Shown here one piece after another: positions 1 through 11,463 of a DNA stretch of 64,000 bases (position 1 is its first letter; every line of letters begins with the position of its first letter). Position numbers and translations under genes: made by a program. The DNA lies in the NCBI RefSeq assembly GCF_018977255.1, contig NW_024704743.1:22570001-22634000 (forward strand). Direction: 5' to 3'. This DNA comes from Callorhinchus milii. Its lineage: Eukaryota. Under the pieces are notes generated by a model. That model ran no database searches, was not told the DNA's origin, and was given only the letters and a program-made list of their open reading frames with translations.

Positions 1-699
1 TATTTTAATGTTTTAAGATTTTATATTTTTCACTGGTGAGGACTCTTTTTGCACCTAGATAAAGAAATGTGGCCGCTGGCAAATGTCAGTGTGGTCTTCT
101 ATACATTGTAGGATTTGTGTGCATGGCACACAAGGCATTGTCAGGCATTGTAAGGCATTGTCAAAGTGTTTTAACGAAGGGTGGTGGGCAACACATTTTG
201 CAAAACAGTTGAGCTAAAAATATTTCCTGCAATGGCAACACTACAGACAATTTTCTTGCCCCCCACCCCTTTACAGAATGTGTGGACCATTTACTGAAGT
301 GACCTTCTTCATTTGCACACTTAATGTTGTTAGATGTCGTTTGTTTCATGAACTATTTTAAATAATAGTGGTTTCAAAACTCTACTGTGTATCTTCTGAG
401 AAACAAATACATTTATACCAAGTGTTCATAACGATATTACATGAAAACAGTACACATTAGCTAAGTGAAAAGGTTTTGTGTAACCGATGTGTATAATCAG
501 CATCACATAGATTCACTAAGATATGAACAATAGAAAACAAACTTTATAAAATTTTGGCATTGATTTATTTCCTCAAATCTTTATCATTAAATTCTTTCAA
601 CCTGAGAAAAACACTACTATACATAACTGGACTGTTTAACTTTGTATTTTAACATTTTAAAAGCTCCTCCATTGTTGTGCTGTATAAAGGCATTGTTCA

Positions 700-960
700 G
701 TGTAGTACTAGACCATGAAGATTAGTCGCTGATCTCAGTCTGGGTAGTAGTTAGAACACTACAAATTCACCTCAAACCCTGGGCTAAGGAGGTGGAATAT
801 CAGGCAGGTTTCTCATTCTTGATCGCTATCCAAATAGTGCTGCTATAAAATATGATTGTTGGGTAAAGGACAGGATTAGGTTAACTGTGATGAATAGCCT
901 GCCAACAATAACTGGCAAGGCTCACCCTGAGATATTGAGAGGAGAGGAGGAGGGAAAAGG
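700..960 (+). mobile_element. Old SINE-like remnant; possibly related sequence at about 32770-33000
   Basis: GCTGATCTCAG...CCCTGGGCTAAGGAGG...GATCGCTATCCA resembles ancient vertebrate tRNA-SINEs; family not assigned. Confidence 0.45.
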
Positions 961-1152
961 AGAATTAAAGGGGATGTTTTTGATTTTTTGAAAAAATGAA
1001 AAAAAAATTATCTGAAATTAAAACAGTCAAATGTTAACATGGCTTATTTGGCTTTTGTGGATTAAGTATTGTTTATAGTTTGGTATTCATAAACACTTTT
1101 AACAGATGACACCTGTACAATGAAAGATTCTTCTTTCTGTTTCCAAAAGTAG

Positions 1153-1285
1153 GCATTCTACCCACTTGGGTTCTGCGCACTCCTCACCTCACCAGTATAT
1201 GCACAGATTGAACTCCACGTGCTCCCACCCACGCAACAAGCACAGTAATGATTTTAGTGGTAACCAGTGCCAACCTATTGCCTGA
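1153..1285 (+). CDS. Putative terminal coding exon of an unidentified convergent gene (phase-dependent: HSTHLGSAHSSPHQYMHRLNSTCSHPRNKHSNDFSGNQCQPIA* or AFYPLGF...QQAQ*)
   Basis: Pyrimidine tract TTCTTCTTTCTGTTTCC then TAG acceptor; shift to C-rich composition; followed by several kb of TE-poor, UTR-like sequence; protein not recognised. Confidence 0.3.
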
Positions 1286-4200
1286 TCACTGTATGCACTT
1301 TGAGTAGAACATGTATTCTTCTGTGTACTTTGTCTTTTTGCCAACATTAATGTTTGATTCACAACATGCACTGTGAATATTAACAGTGGAATCACGCGAA
1401 AATATCCAAGCCATAACCAAGATAAGGTGTAGAGCAGATGTTCTTATTCTAAGGCAGGTTTCCTTTAAGTTTGGGGTTAAAAGTGTACACTTTGGATTGA
1501 ATTGGATCACCATTTGAAATATTTCCCCATGGCAGCGCCTGGAAAATGTAATTGTGCTTATGTATTGTTTCCAATGATTCAATTCAGTTTTCAAACTTGG
1601 AGAAAACCACAGAAGTAGAAATTGCCTTCAGTTGATTTTTTCATAGAGAGTATTGCAGTAGTCGAGAAGTCATGTTGAAAATCGCAGAATAATATGAGAA
1701 AATAATTACTTAAATCTAAGTGTATCATCATTCCAATCCCTCAAAGTGCTACAGTGGAGATTAGAGGCAGATGGAATGGAAGAGGCAGCATGAGTAATAT
1801 TCTAAATCTGATTTTTCTCAAAGCTAAAATAATTATAGTCTCTTTTGAAAAACAATTATAGAGGTGACCTTTCGTAATGCTAAATGGAATTGCTTTCTAC
1901 TGAACTTGTAGGAGGAAGGGAAGGTTGGTTTCTATGCCACAGTGATTGTCAAGAGTGAAAAGCCACAGCAATGTTGTATTAAATTGTTTGGATTTCAGCC
2001 AAGGTAACAAATATGGGAGTACAACAATTGGGTTCAGGGTCCCAAGGTCAGTGAGGGCAAATTCTGCCGCTGTTTGTTGTGTAAAGTTCCCATGTTTAGA
2101 TGTCTGGTGTGGAGAGTAGAATCAGGCTTAGCAGTGATTCCCTTATCGACATAGCTTTTCTGCACAAATGGCCATTTGAGCAATACTGAGCACCTATTAT
2201 TATCTATGGAACCAAACTCCAATGTGAGCCACCATTTTCAGGTTTGTGGTGGTGTGGGTGGGAGGGTGGTGGGTGGGAGAGGAACATCTTAAGCACATTT
2301 GGGTTGAGATATGGTAGAACTATGTTTGAATATTCTGTTCACTTATCAACACATTGGGCTACAGATTATAAGCAGTGGCATCTTGAAGTTTAGGATTGGT
2401 TATTGTGTTATGGACAGCTGGCTGTTTTCACAATAATTTCAACTGGAATTGTACGGGCTAAAGGATTTCCGACACAGACTACAACGTATTTTTTAGTAAG
2501 TGAAACTTGCAATAATGACTTCACAAGACTTCCAGAACAGCAATGTCAGAGCGATCCAGCATTGACATTCAAACTAATCAAACCACCCCAAAACTTGCAG
2601 TCTGCATTTCTCTCATTGTAACAAAGCTGGTACCCTTGGGAGCTAGTTGAGGCTGCACTTGGTGTTAAACTGTTTGAGTTGCCCTTGTGCAGTTTACTGT
2701 TATCTGAACCCCTAGATTGCTTGTCATTAATCTCAGGAATCGATTGTTTTATTTGTAAAACCTCTAGATTGGAAAATATTTCTTAGTCATTGAAATGCAA
2801 CAAATACTTCACAGTTATTGCTCCAAAGCAATCATCATTCTCTAAAGATACTATCCCGATTTCTTGATTGCATTCATGCATTATAATCGTTTCCACATAT
2901 CTATTATTCTTTACAAAATCATCTAAATTCTTAGATTAGATATCACCTATATTCGTTCCTTGTATCCATTAGTTTGCATGTGACATGCATTACAGTCTAG
3001 AAATATTGATACTATTCAACTGAAGAAACCAGGTAACCAGACGTAGTTCCCATACAAACCTTGTAGGTGGTGTCTTACGTAACTAAATGCTCCACGGTGA
3101 ACTGGCACGTTGAGATGTTTGATGCACTCACATTTGTTTGATGGAAAACCAATGCTCTATATCTCGCTGTGCATATTATGCTTTTGTACAAAATAATTTT
3201 AATTACATTTAAATAAAAGTCCTTCAGTCTTTGAAGGGTTAATTTGAAATCATTTGGATTGGCCCATTTTTACAAGTAAGAATGTTAACTGCCTACAAAT
3301 ACACAGTCACTGCACCTTACAATAAATCCTGTGAAGCGATTTGGGATGTTTTAACGAAGTGGTAAGGCACCAAATCAAATTCAAGTGTCATTAACTGCAA
3401 CACATCTAATGTAATTCATACTCTTTAATGATGTCTGAAAAGATTTATTGCCACCATATTCCTCTCCTGTGCCTGAAAGTGCTGAAGGGATAAAATATCC
3501 TTTCCACGGATGAAGTCTGTATTCCTGTTACAGTGATCTGCCTTCAGAGCATAAAAAGAAAATGTTCATTTACATCAAAGGCTTCAAAGCTGCACCATGA
3601 ACAAATCTAGATCACACAGATGGTACCTGCAGTTAATACATGTGCAATTTGCATCTTAAACTTATAAACTTCAATGAAACACTAGCAACATCCATTAATA
3701 ATGTTGTTCAGGACTGTCTTAATATCCCAAAGTAATTCAGAGTGTATGCAAATATGAGCAGCAAAATCAAACTTGATTTCAGAAATCGCTTAACTAGGTT
3801 TCAAGGGAATTAAAAGCTTTTAATTGAATAACAACAATAACTTGCACATGGGTAGTGTCTTGAAGTACTAATTAATAGGGCAGTTTTGTTGCCATTGACC
3901 TAAGGATTTGTGACCATAGGAACCTAGGAATAAAGTCTTAAGTTCCAAACAGCCTTGGCTTTCCTTTCCCAGATGGTGAATCTTCCTGTCTCAGTCGGGT
4001 GTGGGAGGGAGAAAGGAGGGAAATTTATTCTTGTATCACTGAAGTGAGTAACCAAAGGAGCGACAGTGGCAGTATCTGTGGGTTGGGCTGTTCTTTGCTC
4101 CCAACATAAGACGATGGTATGATTTGGGGACAATGATGTGGCAAGAATTATATAAATCTTTATTCTAAATGCTGATCCAATTACTGGCATTATAAATAAT

Positions 4201-6879
4201 TAATATTTAATGGCCACTTTTTGAGTGGTTATCACGTAAGTGATGATGAAATTGAGCAAATGCGATGAACTTTTTCAGCAAACATACATTATTTTGTAAC
4301 TCCCATCTATTTGATAGTGAAATAGTAAGCTTAGAAAAACAATGTAATTTTAGCTCTTTATGAATATGAACCTATTATTAGATCGTACAGAGCTGCTTAA
4401 CCTCTGAAATGTTAGGACTCCAAGGTTCATTGTTTTGAGTTATTGCCAATCCTCATACCGCAATACATTGAGTTCACCCTGCTCCCATGTAGGAGTCCCA
4501 AGTCCCAGGAAAGAACTGGATAGCTAGACATTTTTAACCTCATTCATCCCCAGCAGAATTGCCATTTGATGATCTATAGAGTGGCAATGAAGTCGACAGT
4601 TGCAGAGGACTCCATGCTTTTCTTGTGCGTAATCCTAACATTGGGTCAGTTGTTTCGGTGCAAGAGGCCTTAAAATAATCTATGATCTCGCTAATGCTAA
4701 ATAATTTTGTGAGCAGTATCTGGGTGAATATGTGCAGAACAGATTGAGCTTAGTGAATGGTGACCTGTATGAACCATTTTTAGTATCTAGGAATGAATAA
4801 TGAGTCTAAATAATGTGATGGATCGTCAGTATAATTTTAACTCACTTTCTAGACTGCCAAAATATACTCCCTTCTTATAGCCCATATCCACACTGTACAG
4901 CTACAGTAATGTCACCCTAGAGCAAAGAGATCTGTGCCAAACTGTGTTTGTAGCTGCGATAGGAAAGTTAGTTCTATACTGCACCAAATTGGATAAATGT
5001 GCAGGGCACATTGTTATTTTTTGTCAGTACCAAATGGTCAAATTGGTGGTTATTTGCTGCATGACATTGATGTAAAATGAATGATATCGAACAGAAACAA
5101 AATGTGCAATAATTAATTAGGAAAGTGGTAAATGAGATCATTTACTGACATGCTATTGTAGGATTTTGCTACTGTTATGAAATTTATGGGAAGCTTCAGA
5201 ACTGCTAATTCTGCTTCATTTGTAGCTTTTTGATAAATTTGCAAAGCTGAGAGAATTTGCCCTTGGGAATGGTATTCCATTTGGCCGGAATGCAAATACA
5301 AATTCTGAGTCTGACCCTCTCTTCCCACTCCGGAATCCTGCTTTGAACCCTGAAAGCTGAATGCATCTCCTTGTTAACATTCAAACCATCAGGACTATTG
5401 TAAAGGTTTGGCAATGTACATTCAGGGTGGGAGCAATCGTAAGATAATGAACCTACTTCTCAGTCTGCTGACAAAGGTTAGCAAAGGCAAAGGCTTAATG
5501 ATGGAGATCTTGTGCACTGATGTTTGCAAAGAGATTGCTTCAGTGACCTATTCTAAAAAATAAGTGAAACGGGAATCTGGAGCCTATTTGGTCCACTTCA
5601 ATTCCAGACAATCACACGCCAGTTGAGAATGAAACTAAATATTCACACTTGTGAGTTATCATCTCAATTGAAAACCGGAGCAAGTATTTAGTCATTTATT
5701 TTTAAATTAATTTTGAAAAGCAATGCTCAGAACAAAATAAATTTGTTTTGAGTTAACTGTTGAAATTGTATACGCTGACGAGTGTTGCGAGAATGCTTTT
5801 GTCATCACTTTGTGTAAGTAAATTTCAGACACAGATTCTTCTATTAGCTTTAAAAAAAAACGTTCAGTGAAAGATGTTTCTGTGCTTGCACAGCCATAGA
5901 GTGAAGAATTTTAATAGATGTTTAAGCCTTTGGTTTGGAAGCTTTGTCTAGTCATTTTATTCTGGACATCTCGGGGACATCTTTCCACTAAGTGTAGAGA
6001 TTTTGATATTAAACACTAATACGCAGAGATTTCTAATGAGATTCCTGAAACAAATCGAGAAGGTTATAACAACAAAAGATCACATTTATGTAGCACCTTT
6101 CACGTCGGGAGGACGTCCCAAAGAGAGGGTAACCAGAAATACATCACATTGACCAGTGGGAACTGCTCTGAAAGTAGATAGTTTTGGAGTGGATTTTTCC
6201 CGAGATAGAGAACGTGTGTAAGCAGGTTATACTTCCAGTTTCCTTAATAAGGAATCCCATTGTAAATCATTGTTTATTAGATCCATTTTTTGCCAATGAT
6301 GGGGAATTTCTTGCTGATTTTAGCTGATGGCTGAGTAGTTGTGTGTTCAGCATCCAATGGTACTTTTTATTTCTGAACACCCACTTCATGTTAATGTGAT
6401 GAGATTGTAAATGAGCGTGTAATCGAGGCATTGGAGAATCCCTGCCTACCATTGCTTCTGACTTAATTTCTTAACCTTGTACTAGTTATTAGATGCAAAG
6501 TAGAAAAGCATCATGTTCTATAATGGTGTTCGATACAACCGCCATTTACGCAGGAAATGTAATTCTTACATAGCTAAAGGTTGGCAACAGAATTAACTTT
6601 TGATATCCATGAGATTAATTTCTCACAAAATCCCTTTCTGTAGCGAGACTTATGAGAACTGTTTAATTAATGTAAATTCACATAGAGAGAACAAACATGT
6701 CACCAGTTTTATGATCTATAATTTAACACTCTTGTCTCTTATGCTAAAATGCTGCATTCATCAGTGAGTACAGTTCTATGATTCAAATATGTTTGTATGT
6801 GCGCACAGAGTGTGCCTTTGATTGCTGGGGAAATTCTAAAGTGTTTTGAAAGGGAAAATAAATTACAGTTGTTGGCTGT

Positions 6880-6990
6880 AATAATATTAATAATCCTTGC
6901 ATTTGATATAGCGCTTTTCACGTCTTCTAGAAGTCTCAAAGCACTTCACAGAATAGACTGTAAAGTGAATTGACTGCATATTTACGCTCC
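6880..6990 (-). mobile_element. 5'-truncated family A SINE; similar 3' fragments at about 14383-14620(-), 23232-23347(+), 24098-24268(+), 27590-27807(+), 31862-32040(-), 33293-33470(-), 35258-35366(-), 39492-39670(-), 61915-62130(-)
   Basis: Shared CAGTCAATTCACTTTACAG...GCTATATCAAATGCAAGG(ATT)n. Confidence 0.88.
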
Positions 6991-8619
6991 CAAGCACTGA
7001 GTTACAGGACTCCACACGACTCTGTTGCTTCTTAAAAGGTATAGACCCCATATTAAGCTGGGAGTGAGGTCTAGATATCTGCAATGATTAACTGGAATGC
7101 CTGGAGATCGAATGGCTGGTTGAGAGATTCAGTCTTGCTACACGGAAGCTCTGCACAGAAAACACTGCTTTCTCATAAAGGATGGAGTACTGAGGATGAA
7201 CTACTTGACTCTTTCAGTTGAAAATGCATATTGTAATTTATTTGTGTGGAAACCACTAAACTAATGGAAATTGCAATACATAAAGCTATTGTGTAACACT
7301 ATATTTTTGACTACATGTATGCTTATTCTATTAATGTATCGCCACTTCTTAACCCCCATCTTAACAATCATTCATGATGGTGTGTTGTGGAATGTGACAT
7401 TTTTGGGTGCTATTGAGTAACCACACAACATTTTCTATGATTAAACTGTTCAAATATGATTTTTTTTCCAGAATTTATTTTAGTGCAGTACATTATGCTT
7501 TGTCTCAATACTTTAGTATCTGTAGACCCTTGACTAGTCCCACACAGGTTAAATCATTGATTTCACTTTGACAATGAATTAGCTTGAACTGAGCTGGTAT
7601 TTCCTTTCAAATGTGGGTATATATTCTGATCAAGTTGTACAGCTTTGTAGTCTCTCAGTAGCTTTAAACCAAACTGTATTTATTCCACATGCTTAGAATC
7701 TATGCAACACTCTGTTATATCACACAAAATAATTCACAGCGATGTGAAGATTTATAATTCTGTTTTTGGTTAAGTAATAAATATGCCACGGCGGATATTC
7801 TGTCTTGTGCTTTACTTCCGTAGTTATCAATAAATGAATAATCAATGAAATAATTGAAATGCCTTGCTCCCAACTTCGCCAACTCTCCTTTCCTCCTCCA
7901 AATGGATAGTAATAAAGCCAGAGCTAAGAGAGTTGAAATGATAGCTTAAGAAATGACATTTTCTACATAGGAGGGCATTCGGCCACTGAGAATACAATAA
8001 GGTTAGGACACTGTGTCATACAGTCTTGGATGCTGTAAAATCTAAGGACCAGGTAAGGATCATATTTATTGTGCAATTTAGCAGTTACTTGTCTGTCTAA
8101 TCAAAGTGATGAAAGACCTCAAAGATCTCCAAATTTAAACTTTCTCCATTTTGTTCATTGTTCATTGCAGAATTTCAGAGTAAAAAGTGATTTTTTTAAA
8201 AAAATGTCTACAACGTTTGGATACAAGAGCAAATCATGATGTCCATAGGGTCCCAAAGCAAAATCATACAGATATCTAGTCAGTGTACTTAAGCATCAAT
8301 GTACTGGGGTTGTTTGACTCCAGCACAGCAGGTTCCTAGATCACTTATTGTAGCCGTAAATCGCGGTGCTGTTTTTCATGTGGTAGTTTTCTCCATCCCT
8401 CCCCACATTAAATCATAGAACATTTAAGAGCCAGTGTAAGTGGGGCTTTATTTTTCATCGCATTCTACAATTCTAGAGACTGGAGGTCTATGCGGCATTC
8501 AACCAACCTGGCTTGCGAAGTATGAAACCTTTATGAATTGTGAATGACTCTGCCCTGGGACCAACCCTGCATGTGGGGTGCTATATAAATGCAAGTAGTT
8601 GTTGCTGTTGACTGAATGA

Positions 8620-9025
8620 GTGTTGACTTCAAGATCCTCACACTCGTGTTCAAATCCCTTCACTGCCTGGCACCTCCCTACCTCTCCGACCTCCTCACTC
8701 CCCAAAGCACCAACCGGTGCCTCCGCTCGACTGGCACCAGCCTCCTGCTCATCCCTCGCACCCTCCACCCCACCATCGGAGGTCGCGCTTTCAGCCACTA
8801 CACCCTGAAACTCTGGAACACTCTCCCTCAATCCCTCCGCCTTGCCCCCTCCCGTTTTTCAAATCCCGCCTGAAAACCTTCCTCTTCGACCGTGCTTACG
8901 GCCACCTCCTCCCCGCCCCCCACTGCCACCCACCTGGGCTCGGAGTCAGGCTCCACAACTGTTATGCACTCTTGAGACACTACCCTGTGTGGAGGACGCT
9001 ATATAAATGAAAGTAGTTGTTGTTG
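8620..9025 (+). mobile_element. L2-clade LINE 3' fragment
   Basis: FKILTLVFKSLHCLAPPYLSDLL...GGRAFS...LWNTLP; 3' UTR with (GTT)n tail. Confidence 0.9.
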
Positions 9026-10614
9026 AGTGTGAGATTATCTGCCTTTGCTGTTTGGGGATTTTTCTCCCTATATTTCACACCAGTGGTCCTTTTTTGTATT
9101 GGTTTGATATGAGCGAGCGAAGGGAATAGAGAGGTATAGCGGAGTGGTGGGAATTCACGAGGAGTATAAACACTGGGGTGCATTAGTTTCAGTGCTTTAT
9201 CATTCTATGATTGTATTTCTCTGATGTTTTTTGCAAGTCGTTTGTTCGAAAGTTTAAAATGAGAAGAGTCAGTCAGTTTGCGCCATATTAGTATTTTGCT
9301 GTGATGTACAACTGCTGAACTCTTTGTTCATTCCAAAATCACCCCTTCTGTGGGCTCAGGGGTATTTCTCATGACATCTAAGTGTCAATTGCTTTCCTAT
9401 GAAATGTGAAGAAATCCCAATCCTAAAGCTGTTTTGCTTTCTGACTCTTGTCAGAGATTTCAAGACTTTTCTCAGTTGAGATGCAGCCTGAAAGCAAAAA
9501 GCTCTGTTATCAACACTGTTCAAGAGGAAAACCCAAACAATTATGGATATGGAACTGAGTTATTCTGAAGATTTCTGGACAAAGTTTCTACCAGGTAAAA
9601 CAATAAATCGTGTCTGCCCCTGTTGGGAATAAACTCCTCCCGATTGAAGGAATAATTTTTAATATTTAAAAATAGCTTTTTTCCTCATTTCCAATACTGG
9701 ATTAAAGGTGTGACAGGACATTTATTAAATCAAAACCACAGGGTATACAGCAGAATATACTGTATTTCTCAATCTACCAGAGGAATTAGGTTCCGAGTTA
9801 TAAAACAATGTATGAATCTGTCAGAAATGTTTAAGCTATCTTTGTAGGCTATGTTGCATTAGGGCAGCTGGGTCTTGCCATCTGCTTTAATCAATATTAA
9901 TTGCAGGCTGCTTCATTTGGAAACTCTTAAACTCTAGAAATAATCATACGGTCAAACCTGGTTAAAGTGATGCAAATCAAATTTCTTTAGTGGTATTTAG
10001 AGGTCGTGTGCAGCGTGATGATCAGATTGTAGAGTCTCTCATTATCTCTGAGTTTAGAAGACCTCTTCTGCTTCAGAAAGCAAAGTGCTCACGATTAACG
10101 GCAGGAAGCGTACCACTGGAACGTGGGCTGAATTGAGGATGCAGTTGCTTTCTCTTCCAAAGAGAGATTCCAACTGGAACCTGTTAAATGTAGTGACTTT
10201 GATATCGGTCTAAAAAGTGGCACTTTGCAAAGACAATTCCCTAATGGCGATTTGATTCGGGGGTTAATGGAGAATCACAAGATTGGTCTGGAACTTTGAT
10301 CCATCTGATCGTATTCCTCCAGAACACCCACTCTATGTGATGTATCCTATCCCTCCGCGCCCCACACATCAAGCTGCTTTTTAAATGAACCTAGCGTCCC
10401 GGCCCCATCCACTCCATCCTGGCAAACTGTTCCAGTCATTAATTACCTTCTGCTTAAAGAAGATCATCCTGGTGTATGTCTTGAAATTGCCCTTTTCAAC
10501 TCTAAACCTATGTTCTCTTATTCTACTGCTTTGTTGTCTGCTGGTAACTGCCAGTACCCAACCAGCTCACAGGATCCCCACTGCGAAGCACTGGCAGTAG
10601 ATCGAGGGGTTCCT

Positions 10615-10745
10615 ACAAATTAGCTGTGACGTACTTGTGATTAAAAGTATGTACGTACTCCGGATTACACACCGTGACGTATTTCTGATTGCAAATCGTG
10701 ATGTACTTCAGATTACAAACCATGACCCCAATGTGAGATTACAAG
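10615..10745. repeat. Degenerate 24-bp tandem repeat, about 5 copies (GATTACAAACCGTGACGTACTTCT)
   Basis: GATT starts at 10639, 10663, 10687 and 10711 (24-nt period). Confidence 0.8.
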
Positions 10746-11096
10746 GACATGCCACCAGTAAATTTAGTGATCATTGGAAAATAGCTTGTAACAGATGGTT
10801 AGTATCAATGATATATTGAAGCAGACAGCTGAATAAAAGCTTGTGTGTAAAAGAATTTGAACCCCTCTCTCCCTCCCAACCATTACTGCCCCTTAACATG
10901 CTTCTTCCAATTTGCCTTTTTCAGAAAGCTTTTAATTTTGAGATAACATTAAATGCCTCAGGATCTTGAATGGGTTCGAGAAAGCACAATTCTGTGCATG
11001 TGCATTTGAATGAATAGATGGCTCTGCTCACCTCGGGGAAAATCTCTTATCAATAGATGTGAAATAGGCCACTTATAATAATATAAGTGGCCTAAT

Positions 11097-11463
11097 GGAG
11101 TCCTGTAGCTCAGTGGTTAGAGCACTCGTCTCGCAAACGAGAGACCTGGGTTTGATTTATCGGCAGGTGAAATGTTGAGCAGGTTTCTTTACTCCAAACA
11201 CCTTTGTTTACCCAGCAGAAAACTGGTTTTTAGTCGATTGGCAGATCGTTTTTCCAGGGGAAATAATTCCTTGAAAAAAATTAAATAAATTGGTCACTTC
11301 AATACACAACTGCTTGTGGACACTGCTGTGTGCAATTGGCTGCCCTGTTTCGCCCACAAAATATACAGTCAATTCACTTTACAGTATATTCTGTGAAGTG
11401 CTTTGAGATGCCTCAAAGACATGATAAGGTGCTATATCAAATGGAAGGATTATTATATTATAA
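11097..11463 (+). mobile_element. Full-length tRNA-derived SINE (family A) with L2-type 3' tail
   Basis: GGAGTCCTGTAGCTCAGTGGTTAGAGC A-box head, degenerate B box, ...CAATTGGCTGCC... body, (ATT)n tail. Confidence 0.9.

Noticed and set aside
131..165. (AGGCATTGTC/A)x3 10-bp tandem
   Set aside because: Short local slippage with no further support
10615..10745. CRISPR-like periodicity
   Set aside because: Contiguous degenerate tandem units without unique spacers, in a vertebrate context
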